A stretch of 64,000 nucleotides of DNA from Flavobacterium sp. (GTDB lineage Bacteria; Bacteroidota; Bacteroidia; Flavobacteriales; Flavobacteriaceae). This document shows positions 36,317 to 47,252 of the stretch, piece by piece. The stretch is from the NCBI RefSeq assembly GCF_031381455.1, contig NZ_JANMXZ010000048.1, forward strand, positions 16,972 through 80,971. Reading direction: 5' to 3'. The stretch's first letter is position 1, and every line of letters begins with the position of its first letter. Under the pieces are notes generated by a model that saw only the letters and a program-made list of their open reading frames with translations, was not told where the DNA came from and searched no databases. Position numbers and translations under genes: made by a program.

Positions 36317-37081
36317 TTAAATCCTAGTTGCTGAGGTTAACGTTAATTGTCCAGTTCCAACTGGAATACTAAACTTTAGCAAAGCCGGAACTTTTTTTGA
36401 GTCGGCTGTAAGCCAAATTAGATTTTTGTCTTTTCCTTTTAAGGCATCGGTTTTAGCGCCAATTGATAGTTTGTAGCATTCTTTGCTACCTAAATTTCCA
36501 GCAGAAATAGTTTCTTTGCCCATGTATTTTAAGGTAACTGGAATTTGTTTTTCGTCAAAAACAATCATTAAGTTTTGTGTTTGTCCAACTTTAAATTTAG
36601 ACAAATCCATAGTTCTTACTTTATACAAAAGCGAAATCACATCTTGTGTGGAACCGCCAATGGTAAAGGTGTTTTGAGTTTCGGGTCGATTTCTTTTCTT
36701 CGAAGTACTATTAACCGTGTTTCCTTTGAAAACGTATTTTTCTTTTTTGGTCCAACCGCCTTCGTCTATGTTCCTTTTATATAAACTTGGTTTTAAAGTT
36801 ATCGGATTCACATAAGATTCATATAAATCTCTGATTTTGAAAAACGAATCCCATTTGCTGTAGGTTGATAATTCGCAACTCAAATGCAAATAAGTGTTTT
36901 TGGCAGTGGTAACATTTTCGGTCGACATGGTAACTTGCGCCAATTGCGTCATTAAACCGCTCATATTATAGGAACCCGCAAAAACAAGTCTTTCGCCTGA
37001 TTTTATTGTTTGGCAATTAACTATTGTGATAGGGCTGAAAACAAAAACGCAACAAAGTATAAGAGATATCTTTTTACTCAT
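36317..37081 (-). CDS. DUF3108-like secreted protein
   Basis: Signal peptide MSKKISLILCCVFVF from the internal ATG (complement of 37079-37081). The DUF3108 assignment is from memory of this neighbourhood. Confidence 0.5.
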   Translation of the reverse strand: MSKKISLILCCVFVFSPITIVNCQTIKSGERLVFAGSYNMSGLMTQLAQVTMSTENVTTAKNTYLHLSCELSTYSKWDSFFKIRDLYESYVNPITLKPSLYKRNIDEGGWTKKEKYVFKGNTVNSTSKKRNRPETQNTFTIGGSTQDVISLLYKVRTMDLSKFKVGQTQNLMIVFDEKQIPVTLKYMGKETISAGNLGSKECYKLSIGAKTDALKGKDKNLIWLTADSKKVPALLKFSIPVGTGQLTLTSATRI

Positions 37082-37274
37082 GTTTTTAATGTTGTTTTTT
37101 TGGTATTGTTTCACCAGTTCGCTGGCGCTAGTGTCGTGAATCTTCGATTTCATAATTGTAAATTGATGGTGCAAAAATAAATTTTAAAATGGTTCCTATA
37201 CCAAAAGAAACGTGAAATTTCTTTAATAGTATTCAGATAACGAATAAATTTGTGTTTTAGTATAGACTCATAAA

Positions 37275-37661
37275 ATGGAAAGAAAAATTACAAGTGTTGC
37301 TGCTTTGATGGGAATGATAGCAATAATTTTAGGAGCATTTGGTGCTCATGCTTTAAAAAAACAATTGTCGGTTGAGCAACTCACAGCTTTTGAAACCGGC
37401 GTAAAATATCAAATGTATCACGCGCTTTTTTTATTGTTTTTAGGACTCAATACCTTACTTGATGAAAAAGCAAAAAAAATGGTGTTTCAATTGGTCATTT
37501 TTGGAGTAATTTTCTTCTCGGGTTCTATTTATTTGTTAACTACCAAAGCGATAACAGGAGTTGATTTTAAATTTATTGGGATTGTCACGCCAATCGGTGG
37601 AGCCCTGTTAATACTGGCTTGGGGTATTTTGTTTTGGAATATTTGTAAAGCAAAAAGATAA
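37275..37661 (+). CDS. DUF423 family membrane protein
   Basis: 128 aa with 4 TM segments and the GAFGAHAL signature. Confidence 0.75.
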   Translation: MERKITSVAALMGMIAIILGAFGAHALKKQLSVEQLTAFETGVKYQMYHALFLLFLGLNTLLDEKAKKMVFQLVIFGVIFFSGSIYLLTTKAITGVDFKFIGIVTPIGGALLILAWGILFWNICKAKR

Positions 37662-37699
37662 TATTTTAATAAAAAAAATAGTTTGTAGAATTTAATTTT

Positions 37700-37707
37700 T
37701 ACCTTTG
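37700..37707 (+). promoter_or_regulatory. perfect TAnnTTTG box (TACCTTTG) upstream of pckA
   Basis: Read directly, 15 nt before ATG 37722. The -33 TTG spacing is non-ideal. Confidence 0.3.
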
Positions 37708-37721
37708 TCGTCTAATTTATA

Positions 37722-39368
37722 ATGCAACACACACTAATTTCTATGGAGAACTACGCTCAAATTACGAAATCGATTTCGTTAGAAAAATATGGGATTAAAA
37801 ACGTTCACGAAATTATTCACAATCCTTCCCTTGAAAAGTTATATAATGATGAGTTAAATCCAAATTTAGAAGGTTTTGAAAAAGGCCAACTAACAGAACT
37901 TGGAGCAGTAAATGTTATGACTGGTGTTTTTACCGGGCGTTCACCAAAAGATAAATACATTGTTAAAGATAGCATCACCGAAAATACCATTTGGTGGAAT
38001 TCTGAAAAAGCAGTTAACGACAACAAACCCATAAACCAAAATACTTGGGTAGCGTTAAAAAACAATACCACTACTCAATTATCAGGAAAGAAATTATATG
38101 TTGTTGATGCTTTTTGTGGTGCCAATGAAAACACAAGGTTGAAAGTCCGTTTCATTATGGAAGTGGCGTGGCAAGCGCATTTTGTAACCAATATGTTCAT
38201 TCGCCCAACGGAAGCCGAACTAGAACATTTTGGCGAGCCAGATTTCATTGTAATGAATGGTTCTAAAACTTCTTTCAAAGATTTTGCAGAGTACGGATTA
38301 AATTCTGAAGTATATGTCGCGTTTAATTTAACCGAGAAAATCCAAATTATTGGTGGAACTTGGTATGGCGGCGAAATGAAAAAAGGAATGTTTTCTATGA
38401 TGAATTATTATTTGCCATTGCAAGGAATTGCCTCGATGCATTGTTCAGCAAATAAAGGGGAAGAAGGAGATGTTGCTGTTTTCTTTGGTCTTTCGGGAAC
38501 GGGAAAAACAACATTATCTACCGACCCAAAACGAGAATTAATTGGTGACGATGAACACGGCTGGGATAACGAAGGCGTATTCAATTTTGAAGGCGGTTGT
38601 TATGCCAAAACCATAGATTTATGCAGAGAAAATGAACCGGATATTTATAGTGCTATCAAAAGAGATGCATTATTAGAAAATGTTACGGTTGATTCTGATG
38701 GAACAATTGATTTTAAAGACACTTCTGTAACACAAAACACGAGAGTTTCTTATCCGATTTATCATATTCATAATATTGTTAAACCAGTATCAAAAGCGGG
38801 TCATGCTAATAAAGTTATTTTCTTGACAGCCGATGCTTTTGGTGTAATGCCACCAGTTTCAAAATTAACACCGGAACAAACTCAATATTATTTCCTTTCC
38901 GGATTTACAGCTAAATTAGCGGGAACAGAACGCGGTATTAACGAACCAACACCTACATTCTCTGCTTGTTTTGGAAAAGCATTTTTGTCCTTGCATCCAA
39001 CAAAATACGGAGAAGAATTGGTTAAGAAAATGGAGCAAAACCAAGCCAAAGCGTATATGGTGAATACTGGCTGGAACGGAACAGGAAAACGTATTTCGAT
39101 AAAAGATACACGTGCTATTATTGACGCAATTCTTGACGGTTCAATTGAAAATGCAACTACTAAAACAGTTCCAGTTTTCAATTTTGAAGTTCCAACGTCA
39201 TTACATGATGTAAATTCAGCGATTTTAGACCCAAGAGACACCTATGAAAATGCTTCAGACTGGAATGCAAAAGCCAACAACTTAGCATCGCTTTTCATCA
39301 AGAATTTCGAACAATATACCGATAACGAACAAGGAAAAAGCTTGGTGAAAGCCGGGCCACAATTATAA
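37722..39368 (+). CDS. pckA: phosphoenolpyruvate carboxykinase (ATP)
   Basis: 548 aa with P-loop [20 protein letters not shown] and [14 protein letters not shown]. The start may instead be the ATG at 37743. Confidence 0.95.
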   Translation: MQHTLISMENYAQITKSISLEKYGIKNVHEIIHNPSLEKLYNDELNPNLEGFEKGQLTELGAVNVMTGVFTGRSPKDKYIVKDSITENTIWWNSEKAVNDNKPINQNTWVALKNNTTTQLSGKKLYVVDAFCGANENTRLKVRFIMEVAWQAHFVTNMFIRPTEAELEHFGEPDFIVMNGSKTSFKDFAEYGLNSEVYVAFNLTEKIQIIGGTWYGGEMKKGMFSMMNYYLPLQGIASMHCSANKGEEGDVAVFFGLSGTGKTTLSTDPKRELIGDDEHGWDNEGVFNFEGGCYAKTIDLCRENEPDIYSAIKRDALLENVTVDSDGTIDFKDTSVTQNTRVSYPIYHIHNIVKPVSKAGHANKVIFLTADAFGVMPPVSKLTPEQTQYYFLSGFTAKLAGTERGINEPTPTFSACFGKAFLSLHPTKYGEELVKKMEQNQAKAYMVNTGWNGTGKRISIKDTRAIIDAILDGSIENATTKTVPVFNFEVPTSLHDVNSAILDPRDTYENASDWNAKANNLASLFIKNFEQYTDNEQGKSLVKAGPQL

Positions 39369-39387
39369 TTAACCAACCTAACCAAAG

Positions 39388-39426
39388 AAAAAAGCCATTC
39401 CCTTAATTGAGAATGGCTTTTTTTAT
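39388..39426. terminator. bidirectional intrinsic terminator between convergent pckA and hemD-like gene
   Basis: aaaaagccattc-ccttaattga-gaatggcttttt with A and T runs on both sides. Confidence 0.7.
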
Positions 39427-39441
39427 GATTCTAATTTTGTT

Positions 39442-40200
39442 TTATTTTCCTTTGTTGGCGTCGGCAATATATCTTTCCAAAGCCATTGTCATCGATGGTG
39501 TTTCTGGTGTTGGTGCCAAGATATCAATCCGTAATCCGTGCTCCAAAGCTTCTTTCTGAGTAGTACTTCCAAAAACAGCAATACGGGTATCGTTTTGTTT
39601 AAAGTCCGGAAAATTTTTGAACAATGATTTAATTCCGGTTGGACTAAAAAATGCTAAAACATCGTAATATACATCTGCCAAATCAGACAAGTCGCTCATT
39701 ACTGTTTTGTAAAAAGTGGCTTGTGTCCAATCTACTTTTAACGCATCCAAAGTCTGTGGTACATCATAATTCAATTGATCTGAAGCGGGTAAAAGAAATT
39801 TTTCTTCTTTGTATTTTTTGATTAGCGGAGATAAATCAACAAAGTCTTTTTGACCAACGTAGATTTTACGTTTTCTATAAACCACATACTTTTGTAAGTA
39901 AAAAGCAATCGCTTCCGATTGGCAAAAATATTTCAAATCCTCGGGAACTTTATAACGCATTTCTTCGGCTACTCTAAAGAAGTGATCCACGGAATTTCTG
40001 CTATTCAAAATGATTGCAGTAAAGTTATTTAGGTCTATTTTTTGAGCTCTTACATCTTTTGCACTTACACCTTCTACATGTATAAACGATCGAAAATCAA
40101 TCTTTACTTTATGCTTTTGTTGCAATTCAAAATAAGGTGAATTCTCTACTTTTGGTTCTGGCTGTGACACCAAAATTGTTTTCACTTTCAAGTTTGACAT
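39442..40200 (-). CDS. uroporphyrinogen-III synthase-like (HEM4 family) protein
   Basis: 252 aa with a two-lobed alpha/beta pattern. The call is from family resemblance and the conserved pairing with the next gene. Confidence 0.55.
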   Translation of the reverse strand: MSNLKVKTILVSQPEPKVENSPYFELQQKHKVKIDFRSFIHVEGVSAKDVRAQKIDLNNFTAIILNSRNSVDHFFRVAEEMRYKVPEDLKYFCQSEAIAFYLQKYVVYRKRKIYVGQKDFVDLSPLIKKYKEEKFLLPASDQLNYDVPQTLDALKVDWTQATFYKTVMSDLSDLADVYYDVLAFFSPTGIKSLFKNFPDFKQNDTRIAVFGSTTQKEALEHGLRIDILAPTPETPSMTMALERYIADANKGK

Positions 40201-40201
40201 T

Positions 40202-40876
40202 CTAATGTGCTAAATTTTTTGTAATCAAATAATATATAAAATAGTAGGGCGCTATTTCAAGTGCGCAAAGATACAAAATAAAATAAAACAACTTGCCGAT
40301 GAGTAAGTTTTGATAAATCTTCAACGAAATAAGATAAGAAAACAAATTAATTATTAAAATCACAGCAATTGTGCAATAAATCAAAATATTTGATGGCGTA
40401 TTGTTATAAAACAAGTAAATGTTTATTGGCAATAAAATCAATCCAATAAAAGTTCTGTAACTAACCTTTTGTAAATTGAATTGTTCGGCAAATTCTTCAA
40501 TGTTAAAAATGGTTGCCACAATCTTTTCTATCAAGAATTTTGAAAGCACAAATATTCCGAAAAAAGTAAAAATACGAACAAAAATTACCCAATCGCTTTT
40601 AGATACATAACCAAGATAACTCAGCACCAATTGAATGAAAAAAGTAAAAGAAATAATCTGTACAATAAACAACAATATCGTAAAACCACTCATCAAATGA
40701 GAAGTGTCTTTGTATACCTTGATATATTTATCGGAAACCAAAATTCTTAGAAATTCGCTAAACCGAGTTTCAAAAGCAGTCTTGGTTATCGCAATTAAAA
40801 CAAAAGAAAAAACAAACAAACAGGTTGCCCAATCTTTAGGTTCTAGAATTCTTGGCTGTAAAACAGTTTCTATCAT
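40202..40876 (-). CDS. polytopic membrane protein (DUF4271-like)
   Basis: 224 aa with about 6 TM segments, 1 nt upstream of the HEM4-like gene. Confidence 0.5.
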   Translation of the reverse strand: MIETVLQPRILEPKDWATCLFVFSFVLIAITKTAFETRFSEFLRILVSDKYIKVYKDTSHLMSGFTILLFIVQIISFTFFIQLVLSYLGYVSKSDWVIFVRIFTFFGIFVLSKFLIEKIVATIFNIEEFAEQFNLQKVSYRTFIGLILLPINIYLFYNNTPSNILIYCTIAVILIINLFSYLISLKIYQNLLIGKLFYFILYLCALEIAPYYFIYYLITKNLAH

Positions 40877-40984
40877 AATCCCGACAAAATTACTAATTTT
40901 TTATTTCTTAAAATTATTATATAATTATTAAGATAGTGCTCTGATAAAAGTTTATTTTTGCAACTAAGTTTGACGGCACTTACT

Positions 40985-41710
40985 ATGAATGACGGTATTG
41001 TAATTATTCCAACCTATAACGAAATTGAAAACATCGAAGGTGTCATTCGGGCTGTGTTTTCGTTACATAAAACGTTTCATGTGCTTGTTGTTGATGATAA
41101 TTCGCCAGACAAAACGGCTGAAAAAGTTATGGAATTGCAAAGCCAATTTCATGACAAATTATTTTTATCCGTCAGAAAGAAAAAATCAGGTTTAGGAACA
41201 GCTTATGTTCACGGATTTAAATGGGCATTGGAGCATCACTATGAATATATATTCGAAATGGATGCTGATTTTTCACACAACCCAAATGATTTAGAAAAAC
41301 TATATGATGCGTGCTATTTTAATGGAGCAGATTTGGCTATTGGTTCTCGTTATGTAACGGGTGTAAATGTTGTCAATTGGCCTTTGAGCAGAGTATTACT
41401 TTCTTATTTTGCATCGGTTTATGTACGAATGATTACGGGTATGAAAATCATGGATGCTACCGCTGGTTTCATTTGTTATCGAAGAGAAGTTTTGGAAAAA
41501 ATAGATTTAGAAAAGATAAAATTTATTGGTTACGCTTTTCAAATAGAGATGAAGTATAGAGCTTTCGCCAAAAATTTTCATATACAAGAAGTTCCGGTCA
41601 TCTTTACAGACAGAACAAAAGGACAATCCAAAATGAGCGGCTCTATTATTAAGGAAGCTATTTTTGGAGTAATTTCATTGAGGTTTAAGAAGTTTTTAAA
41701 TAAATTATAA
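40985..41710 (+). CDS. polyprenol-phosphate mannosyltransferase-like GT2 glycosyltransferase
   Basis: IVIIPTYNE, VVDDNSPD, DADFSH and IGSRY blocks. I prefer the ATG at 40985. Confidence 0.8.
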   Translation: MNDGIVIIPTYNEIENIEGVIRAVFSLHKTFHVLVVDDNSPDKTAEKVMELQSQFHDKLFLSVRKKKSGLGTAYVHGFKWALEHHYEYIFEMDADFSHNPNDLEKLYDACYFNGADLAIGSRYVTGVNVVNWPLSRVLLSYFASVYVRMITGMKIMDATAGFICYRREVLEKIDLEKIKFIGYAFQIEMKYRAFAKNFHIQEVPVIFTDRTKGQSKMSGSIIKEAIFGVISLRFKKFLNKL

Positions 41711-41711
41711 C

Positions 41712-43052
41712 ATGAATACCGTTTTAATTAAAAATGCCAAAATTGTAAACGAAGGAACCGTTTTTGAAGGTGATGTTTTGATTGAAAACGAATTTATTGT
41801 TGAAATCGCAGAAAGCATTAGCCCAAAACTTTCCAGTTGCAAAATCATTGATGCCGAAGGTAGTTATCTTATTCCCGGAGCTATTGATGACCAAGTGCAT
41901 TTTCGCGAGCCGGGTTTAACACATAAAGGCGACATTGCTTCTGAAAGCCGTGCCGCTGTTGCCGGTGGAATTACTTCTTATATAGAACAGCCCAACACCA
42001 TTCCGAATGCAATCACACAGGAAATCTTAGAAGAAAAATATCAAATTGCCGCCAAAACATCCTACGCCAATTATTCCTTTATGATGGGTGGGACAAATGA
42101 CAATTTGGAAGAAATTCTAAAAACAAATCCAAAAAATGTTGCAGGACTTAAACTTTTTTTAGGCTCTTCTACAGGCGATATGCTTGTTGATAGTTCAGAA
42201 GCATTGGAAAAAATATTTTCTAATACAAAATTGTTGATTGCCGTTCATAGTGAAGATGAAAATACTGTAAAAGCTAATTTAGAAAGATATAAATTGCAAT
42301 TTGGTGAAGATATACCTGTAAAGTTTCATCCAGAAATTAGAAGTGTTGAAGCTTGTTATAAATCGACTGTAAAAATTATTGATTTAGCAAAACGTACTGG
42401 AGCTAGACTTCATGTTTTTCATCTTTCAACGGCCAAAGAATTAGAGTTATTTACCAATAAAATTCCATTAGATGAAAAACAAATCACAGCAGAAGTTTGT
42501 ATTCATCATCTTTGGTTTTCGGATGAAGATTATGCTACTAAAGGCAATCTTATTAAATGGAATCCAGCCATAAAAACTGCTCAAGACAGAACGGCTTTAT
42601 GGGAAGCATTGTTAGATGATAGAATTGACGTTATTGCAACTGATCATGCGCCACATACTTTAGAAGAAAAGCAACAAGTTTATACCAAAGCACCATCAGG
42701 CGGACCATTGGTGCAACATGCTGTGGTGGCAATGTTTGAGGCCAATCATCAAGGAAAAATTTCGGTGGAAAAGATTGTAGAAAAAATGTGTCACAATCCG
42801 GCAAAGATCTTTAAAATTGAAAAAAGAGGTTTTATCAAAGAAGGATTTTATGCCGATTTAGTAATCATAAATCCGAGTTTGCCATGGAATGTCAAGAAAG
42901 AAAATATACTGGCCAAATGTGGTTGGTCGCCATTTGAAGGTTATAATTTTAAATCAAGAATTACGCACACCTTTGTCAATGGCGAATTGGTTTATCAAAA
43001 TTTTAAAGTAAAAGATATTCCTGTTGGAAAGCGTTTGCTTTTTGACAGATAA
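41712..43052 (+). CDS. dihydroorotase (cyclic amidohydrolase family)
   Basis: 446 aa with PGAIDDQVHFREPG, VHSED and IATDHAPH metal ligands. Confidence 0.85.
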   Translation: MNTVLIKNAKIVNEGTVFEGDVLIENEFIVEIAESISPKLSSCKIIDAEGSYLIPGAIDDQVHFREPGLTHKGDIASESRAAVAGGITSYIEQPNTIPNAITQEILEEKYQIAAKTSYANYSFMMGGTNDNLEEILKTNPKNVAGLKLFLGSSTGDMLVDSSEALEKIFSNTKLLIAVHSEDENTVKANLERYKLQFGEDIPVKFHPEIRSVEACYKSTVKIIDLAKRTGARLHVFHLSTAKELELFTNKIPLDEKQITAEVCIHHLWFSDEDYATKGNLIKWNPAIKTAQDRTALWEALLDDRIDVIATDHAPHTLEEKQQVYTKAPSGGPLVQHAVVAMFEANHQGKISVEKIVEKMCHNPAKIFKIEKRGFIKEGFYADLVIINPSLPWNVKKENILAKCGWSPFEGYNFKSRITHTFVNGELVYQNFKVKDIPVGKRLLFDR

Positions 43053-43062
43053 AAATTTTAAT

Positions 43063-43467
43063 ATGAAGAAAAGTCTTCTTTTAGGTTTAACAATGTTGTT
43101 TTTTGGATGCAATAGTAATTCGGTTGAAAAGCCTAAAAACCTTATTGGTAAAGATAAAATGGTAGATATTTTATATGATATATCCTTATTGGAAGCCATC
43201 AAAAGCCAAAATATCAATGGTGGTATAACTGTGAAAATGGAGAACGATTATATTTATAAAAAATATAAAATAGACAGTATTCAATTTGCGAAAAGCAATA
43301 AATATTATGCTTCCGATCTTGAGGAATACAAAAAAATGTTTGAAAAAGTTAAAGAAAAACTGAGTGCAGAAAATTTGAAAATTGAATCCGAAATGAAGAA
43401 AAATGGTCAGACTGTTCCGCCAAATCCAAACAGTACCTTAAATTCGGATACGCCTCAAGTGCAATAA
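43063..43467 (+). CDS. lipoprotein (DUF4296-like)
   Basis: MKKSLLLGLTMLFFGCNS lipobox, 134 aa from the internal ATG. Confidence 0.55.
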   Translation: MKKSLLLGLTMLFFGCNSNSVEKPKNLIGKDKMVDILYDISLLEAIKSQNINGGITVKMENDYIYKKYKIDSIQFAKSNKYYASDLEEYKKMFEKVKEKLSAENLKIESEMKKNGQTVPPNPNSTLNSDTPQVQ

Positions 43468-43481
43468 TTATTTTTGCAGAG

Positions 43482-43515
43482 TTTGATATTAAGAGGAGAA
43501 AGCGGGAGCTTTCGG
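43482..43515. repeat. variant of the 37-nt repeat, opposite orientation with a different hairpin
   Basis: tttgatattaagaggagaa is identical to the reverse complement of 24356-24374. The following hairpin is gaaagc-ggga-gctttc instead of gaatgtcc-agt-ggacattc. Confidence 0.7.
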
Positions 43516-43548
43516 CAAGCTTGGAGAAGCTATAGTTATGGTGAATCT

Positions 43549-44562
43549 TTAATCATACTTGTGTTTTGCACAGACTTCTTTAATCACGCTATCAATGCTT
43601 TGGAACTCGAAATTCAGTCCCAAAACTTCGGGATTTTTTATTTTTTCATTGGAAATAAAGTCAGAAGAATGTAGTGAATTTGCGCTGTATTTTGACAGTT
43701 TTCTTTTGGTTCTAAAAATGGTGGAAATAAACAAATCCAACCGCCAACCTATAGCTGTCATCCATGGTTTAGCTTCAATTTTAGGTTTTTTAGCATTCAG
43801 ATTTTCAGCAATTAAAAAAATAACTTTTTTGAAAGTTAGGTTTTCAGCAACAAGAGTAAATCGTTCGCTAACTATAGTGCTGTTCATTAACCGAATCATG
43901 ATTTTTACTACGTCGGTAACGCCTACATATCCTGTAGAGCCATTTGTGTAAAATGGAAATTCATTTTTTATAGAACTAAAAAATAAACCGCTTCCTTGAT
44001 TCCAGAAACCGGCGCCAAAAATTACTCCCGGATTTACAATTACCACATCTAAGCCTTCTTGTTGCCCACGCCAAATCTCCATTTCGGCACCATATTTTGA
44101 AATGGCATAATCGCTGTGTGCTGTTTCGGGATTCCATTCGGTTTCTTCGCTGATTTCTGTTTCATGAGATTGCTGATTTCCTAGCGCTGCAATAGAACTG
44201 ACATGGCAGAGTTTTTTTATTTTATTGTCGATGCAAAAATTCACGATGTTGGCAGTGCCTTCTATGTTTACTTTTCGTAGTAAATCTTCGTCATTTGGGT
44301 CATACGAAATCAAACCCGCGCAATGATAGACAAAATCTACATTTTTGAATGCAATTTCTAATGTTGGAACATCAATTATATCTGCCTGAACCCAATCTAT
44401 TTTGGAAAATAAATATTCTTTTTGATAAAGTTTGAAAAGTGATTTTGTCTTTTCGATGGATTTTGGTTCTCTATAAATTGCTCGAACAGTAGTTTCACTT
44501 TCAACCAAATGCAGCAGCAAATGCGCTCCGACTAAACCTGTTCCTCCTGTGACTAATATCAT
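43549..44562 (-). CDS. NAD-dependent epimerase/dehydratase family protein
   Basis: MILVTGGTGLVGAHL Rossmann motif and YAISKYGAE (YxxxK), 337 aa. Confidence 0.8.
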   Translation of the reverse strand: MILVTGGTGLVGAHLLLHLVESETTVRAIYREPKSIEKTKSLFKLYQKEYLFSKIDWVQADIIDVPTLEIAFKNVDFVYHCAGLISYDPNDEDLLRKVNIEGTANIVNFCIDNKIKKLCHVSSIAALGNQQSHETEISEETEWNPETAHSDYAISKYGAEMEIWRGQQEGLDVVIVNPGVIFGAGFWNQGSGLFFSSIKNEFPFYTNGSTGYVGVTDVVKIMIRLMNSTIVSERFTLVAENLTFKKVIFLIAENLNAKKPKIEAKPWMTAIGWRLDLFISTIFRTKRKLSKYSANSLHSSDFISNEKIKNPEVLGLNFEFQSIDSVIKEVCAKHKYD

Positions 44563-44637
44563 TTTGTAAAGATAATTAGATTGTTAGATTTTTAGATAAT
44601 TAGATTTGATAAAAAGTACGCCAAAAGACTTTCTTCC

Positions 44638-44718
44638 AGCCCTGATTGCAGCAGCTACCATGTAGCGCGGAAAGCAGGAAAATGGATAACTGATAAATCC
44701 CAAACCATTCGCTTTAAA
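44638..44718. repeat. ~80-nt interspersed repeat, copy 2
   Basis: agccctgattgcagcagc...cggaaagcaggaaaa...tcccaaaccattcgctttaaa. See 34482-34560. Confidence 0.6.
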
Positions 44719-44734
44719 AATTCCTAAATCTGTT

Positions 44735-44742
44735 TATCTTTG
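44735..44742 (+). promoter_or_regulatory. perfect TAnnTTTG box (TATCTTTG) upstream of tyrS
   Basis: Read directly, 20 nt before ATG 44762. No clear -33 TTG. Confidence 0.3.
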
Positions 44743-44761
44743 CGCCAAATCTCATTATAAT

Positions 44762-46063
44762 ATGAACAACTTAGTAGAAGAATTAAAATGGCGTGGATTG
44801 TACCACGACAGCATGCCAGGAACTGAAGAACAACTACTTAAGGAAGTGACGACCGCTTATATTGGTTTTGATCCGACGGCGGATTCGTTGCATATTGGGA
44901 GCATGGTGCAGATTATTTTGCTACTTCATTTGACAAATTTTGGACACAAACCAATTGCTTTGGTTGGCGGTGCTACGGGTATGATTGGTGATCCGTCGGG
45001 AAAATCGGACGAGCGTAATTTGCTTACTGAAGAGCAGTTAGCGAAGAATGTGGCGGGAATTAAAAGCGTGCTTTCAAGATTTTTAGATTTTAATGAGACT
45101 GGATCAAACGCTCCAATTATGGTGAATAATTACGATTGGATGAAGTCGTTTTCGTTTATCGATTTTGCGCGTGAAGTTGGTAAAAGAATTACCGTTAACT
45201 ATATGATGGCTAAGGATTCAGTTAAGAAACGTTTGTCGGGTGAAGCTGGAGTTGGAATGTCGTTTACGGAGTTTACGTATCAATTGATTCAGGGTTATGA
45301 TTTTTATCATTTACACAAGCATTACAATTGTGTTTTGCAGATGGGCGGTTCTGACCAATGGGGAAATATTACAACTGGAACAGAATTGGTTCGACGAATG
45401 AATCCTAATATAGAGGCAAAAGCTTTTGCTTTGACTACGCCTTTAATTACTAAAGCTGATGGTTCGAAGTTTGGAAAATCGGAGGGAGGCAATATTTGGT
45501 TGGATGCTGATAAGACTTCTGTTTATAAATTTTATCAGTTTTGGTTGAATACCTCGGATGAAGATTCGGAGAAATATATTAAGATTTTTACTTTTTTAGA
45601 TAAGAATGTTATTGATGCATTGATTGCTGAACATAAAGAAGCCGCTCATTTGAGGGTTTTACAAAGAAGATTAGCTGAAGAAGTGACGATATTAGTTCAC
45701 GGAAAAGCAGAATTGGAAAAAGCCATTCAAGCTTCGAATATTTTGTTTGGAAATGCCACTGCTGCTGATTTGAAACAATTAGATGAAGCTACTTTTTTAG
45801 AGGTTTTTGATGGTGTTCCGCAAGCGGAAATTTCAAGAAATGATATTTCTAATGGAATCAATATCGTTGATGTGCTGAATGAGAAATCAGGATTTTTGAA
45901 ATCAAATGGTGAAGCGAGACGCGCTTTGGCAGAGAATTCGATTTCGGTAAACAAAGAAAAAGTTACGGAAGAATTTCAGTTGACTTCAACCGATTTGATT
46001 AACAAGCAGTTTGTGTTATTGCAACGCGGAAAGAAGAATTATTTTGTGATTAGGGTTGTTTAA
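44762..46063 (+). CDS. tyrS: tyrosine--tRNA ligase
   Basis: 433 aa with [13 protein letters not shown] (HIGH), KFGKS (KMSKS) and a C-terminal S4-like domain. Confidence 0.95.
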   Translation: MNNLVEELKWRGLYHDSMPGTEEQLLKEVTTAYIGFDPTADSLHIGSMVQIILLLHLTNFGHKPIALVGGATGMIGDPSGKSDERNLLTEEQLAKNVAGIKSVLSRFLDFNETGSNAPIMVNNYDWMKSFSFIDFAREVGKRITVNYMMAKDSVKKRLSGEAGVGMSFTEFTYQLIQGYDFYHLHKHYNCVLQMGGSDQWGNITTGTELVRRMNPNIEAKAFALTTPLITKADGSKFGKSEGGNIWLDADKTSVYKFYQFWLNTSDEDSEKYIKIFTFLDKNVIDALIAEHKEAAHLRVLQRRLAEEVTILVHGKAELEKAIQASNILFGNATAADLKQLDEATFLEVFDGVPQAEISRNDISNGINIVDVLNEKSGFLKSNGEARRALAENSISVNKEKVTEEFQLTSTDLINKQFVLLQRGKKNYFVIRVV

Positions 46064-46147
46064 CCACGAAGAGCACTAAGTTTTTTCACAAAGAGCACAA
46101 AGTGTTAAAATAGTTTGGGTTGTATAGAAAGTAGAAAACCAATTTTA

Positions 46148-47140
46148 TTACATTACCATCAAATTACAACCACGAATATCAGAATTATGAAAACGCCCCA
46201 ATATTTCGAAAGTATTATTGGGGTATTTTTTGCCTAAATCTTGTGTGGCAATAAAGCAGCACGAATTGATGTTGGCTAAATCAATGACATTAACACCGCC
46301 AGATTTCCCCATATTTACATAAGTTAATGCATCTTCCGTATCGCGAATTAAGATTTGCATCCAAGCCGGACATTCGAAAATTCCGTTTCCAAGAGAATAC
46401 GCTTGTGATAAAAGCTCAGTCATTCCATATTCGGAATGGATATTTTGTACTCCAAAACCATTACGCAAAATTTCATGTAATTCTTCGCGTATCATTTCTT
46501 TGCGTTTGCCTTTCATACCACCAGTTTCCATGATAATGGTGTTTTTTAGTTGGAACTTTTGTTTCTCAATCAAATCTAATAAAGCATAAGTCACACCAAT
46601 TAGAATCACATTTTGACCAGTACTATCAAGGGCAACCAACTTGGTAATCAACTCATCATAATTATGTAAATAAAAGCCGCTGTTTTCATTGTTTGAAAGT
46701 TCAATCAAATCTTTAACCATATATATTAAGGATGAACCACTACGCTCTAAATAGGAAGGAAGCAAAGCCAAAACAGCGTAATCTTCAATGTTTCCATAAA
46801 ATTCGGAAAAGGTGTATCGATAGCTTTGTTCGTACAGAGAAACGTCTGTCACCAAATGTTTACTGGTAATCATTCCGGTAGTTCCGCTGCTGGTAAATGT
46901 TTCCTGAACTAGTCCCGAAGACTCTGTATTATTCGAAACCACATCATGATTCTTAAAAAATTGAATAGGTAGAAACGGAATTTGCTGTAGCGATTTTACA
47001 GCTTGTTTATCCACTTTCAGAAAATTGCAAAACTCTTGATAGACTAAGTTGTTTTCGTATTGAAAACGAAAAACTTTTAGCGCTATTTTTTCAAATTGCT
47101 TTTGGGAAGAAATTGTAAATATGTCTTGTGGGTTTATCAA
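46148..47140 (-). CDS. LuxE-like acyl-protein synthetase / adenylate-forming family protein
   Basis: 330 aa with FTSSGTTG (adenylation P-loop-like) and ETGGMKG blocks. Confidence 0.55.
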   Translation of the reverse strand: MINPQDIFTISSQKQFEKIALKVFRFQYENNLVYQEFCNFLKVDKQAVKSLQQIPFLPIQFFKNHDVVSNNTESSGLVQETFTSSGTTGMITSKHLVTDVSLYEQSYRYTFSEFYGNIEDYAVLALLPSYLERSGSSLIYMVKDLIELSNNENSGFYLHNYDELITKLVALDSTGQNVILIGVTYALLDLIEKQKFQLKNTIIMETGGMKGKRKEMIREELHEILRNGFGVQNIHSEYGMTELLSQAYSLGNGIFECPAWMQILIRDTEDALTYVNMGKSGGVNVIDLANINSCCFIATQDLGKKYPNNTFEILGRFHNSDIRGCNLMVM

Positions 47141-47191
47141 TCTATAAAGGTTCTGAAACTTGTTCAGAACGATGCAAAAGTAATGAAAATA

Positions 47192-47235
47192 AAAAAGCCC
47201 TAATCTCGTTTTTTTGGAACGAGATAGGGCTTTTA
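47192..47235 (-). terminator. intrinsic terminator after T9SS cargo gene
   Basis: agccctaatctcg-tttttttggaa-cgagatagggct with a T run on the minus strand. Confidence 0.65.
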
Positions 47236-47252
47236 AGTATATTGAATAGAAA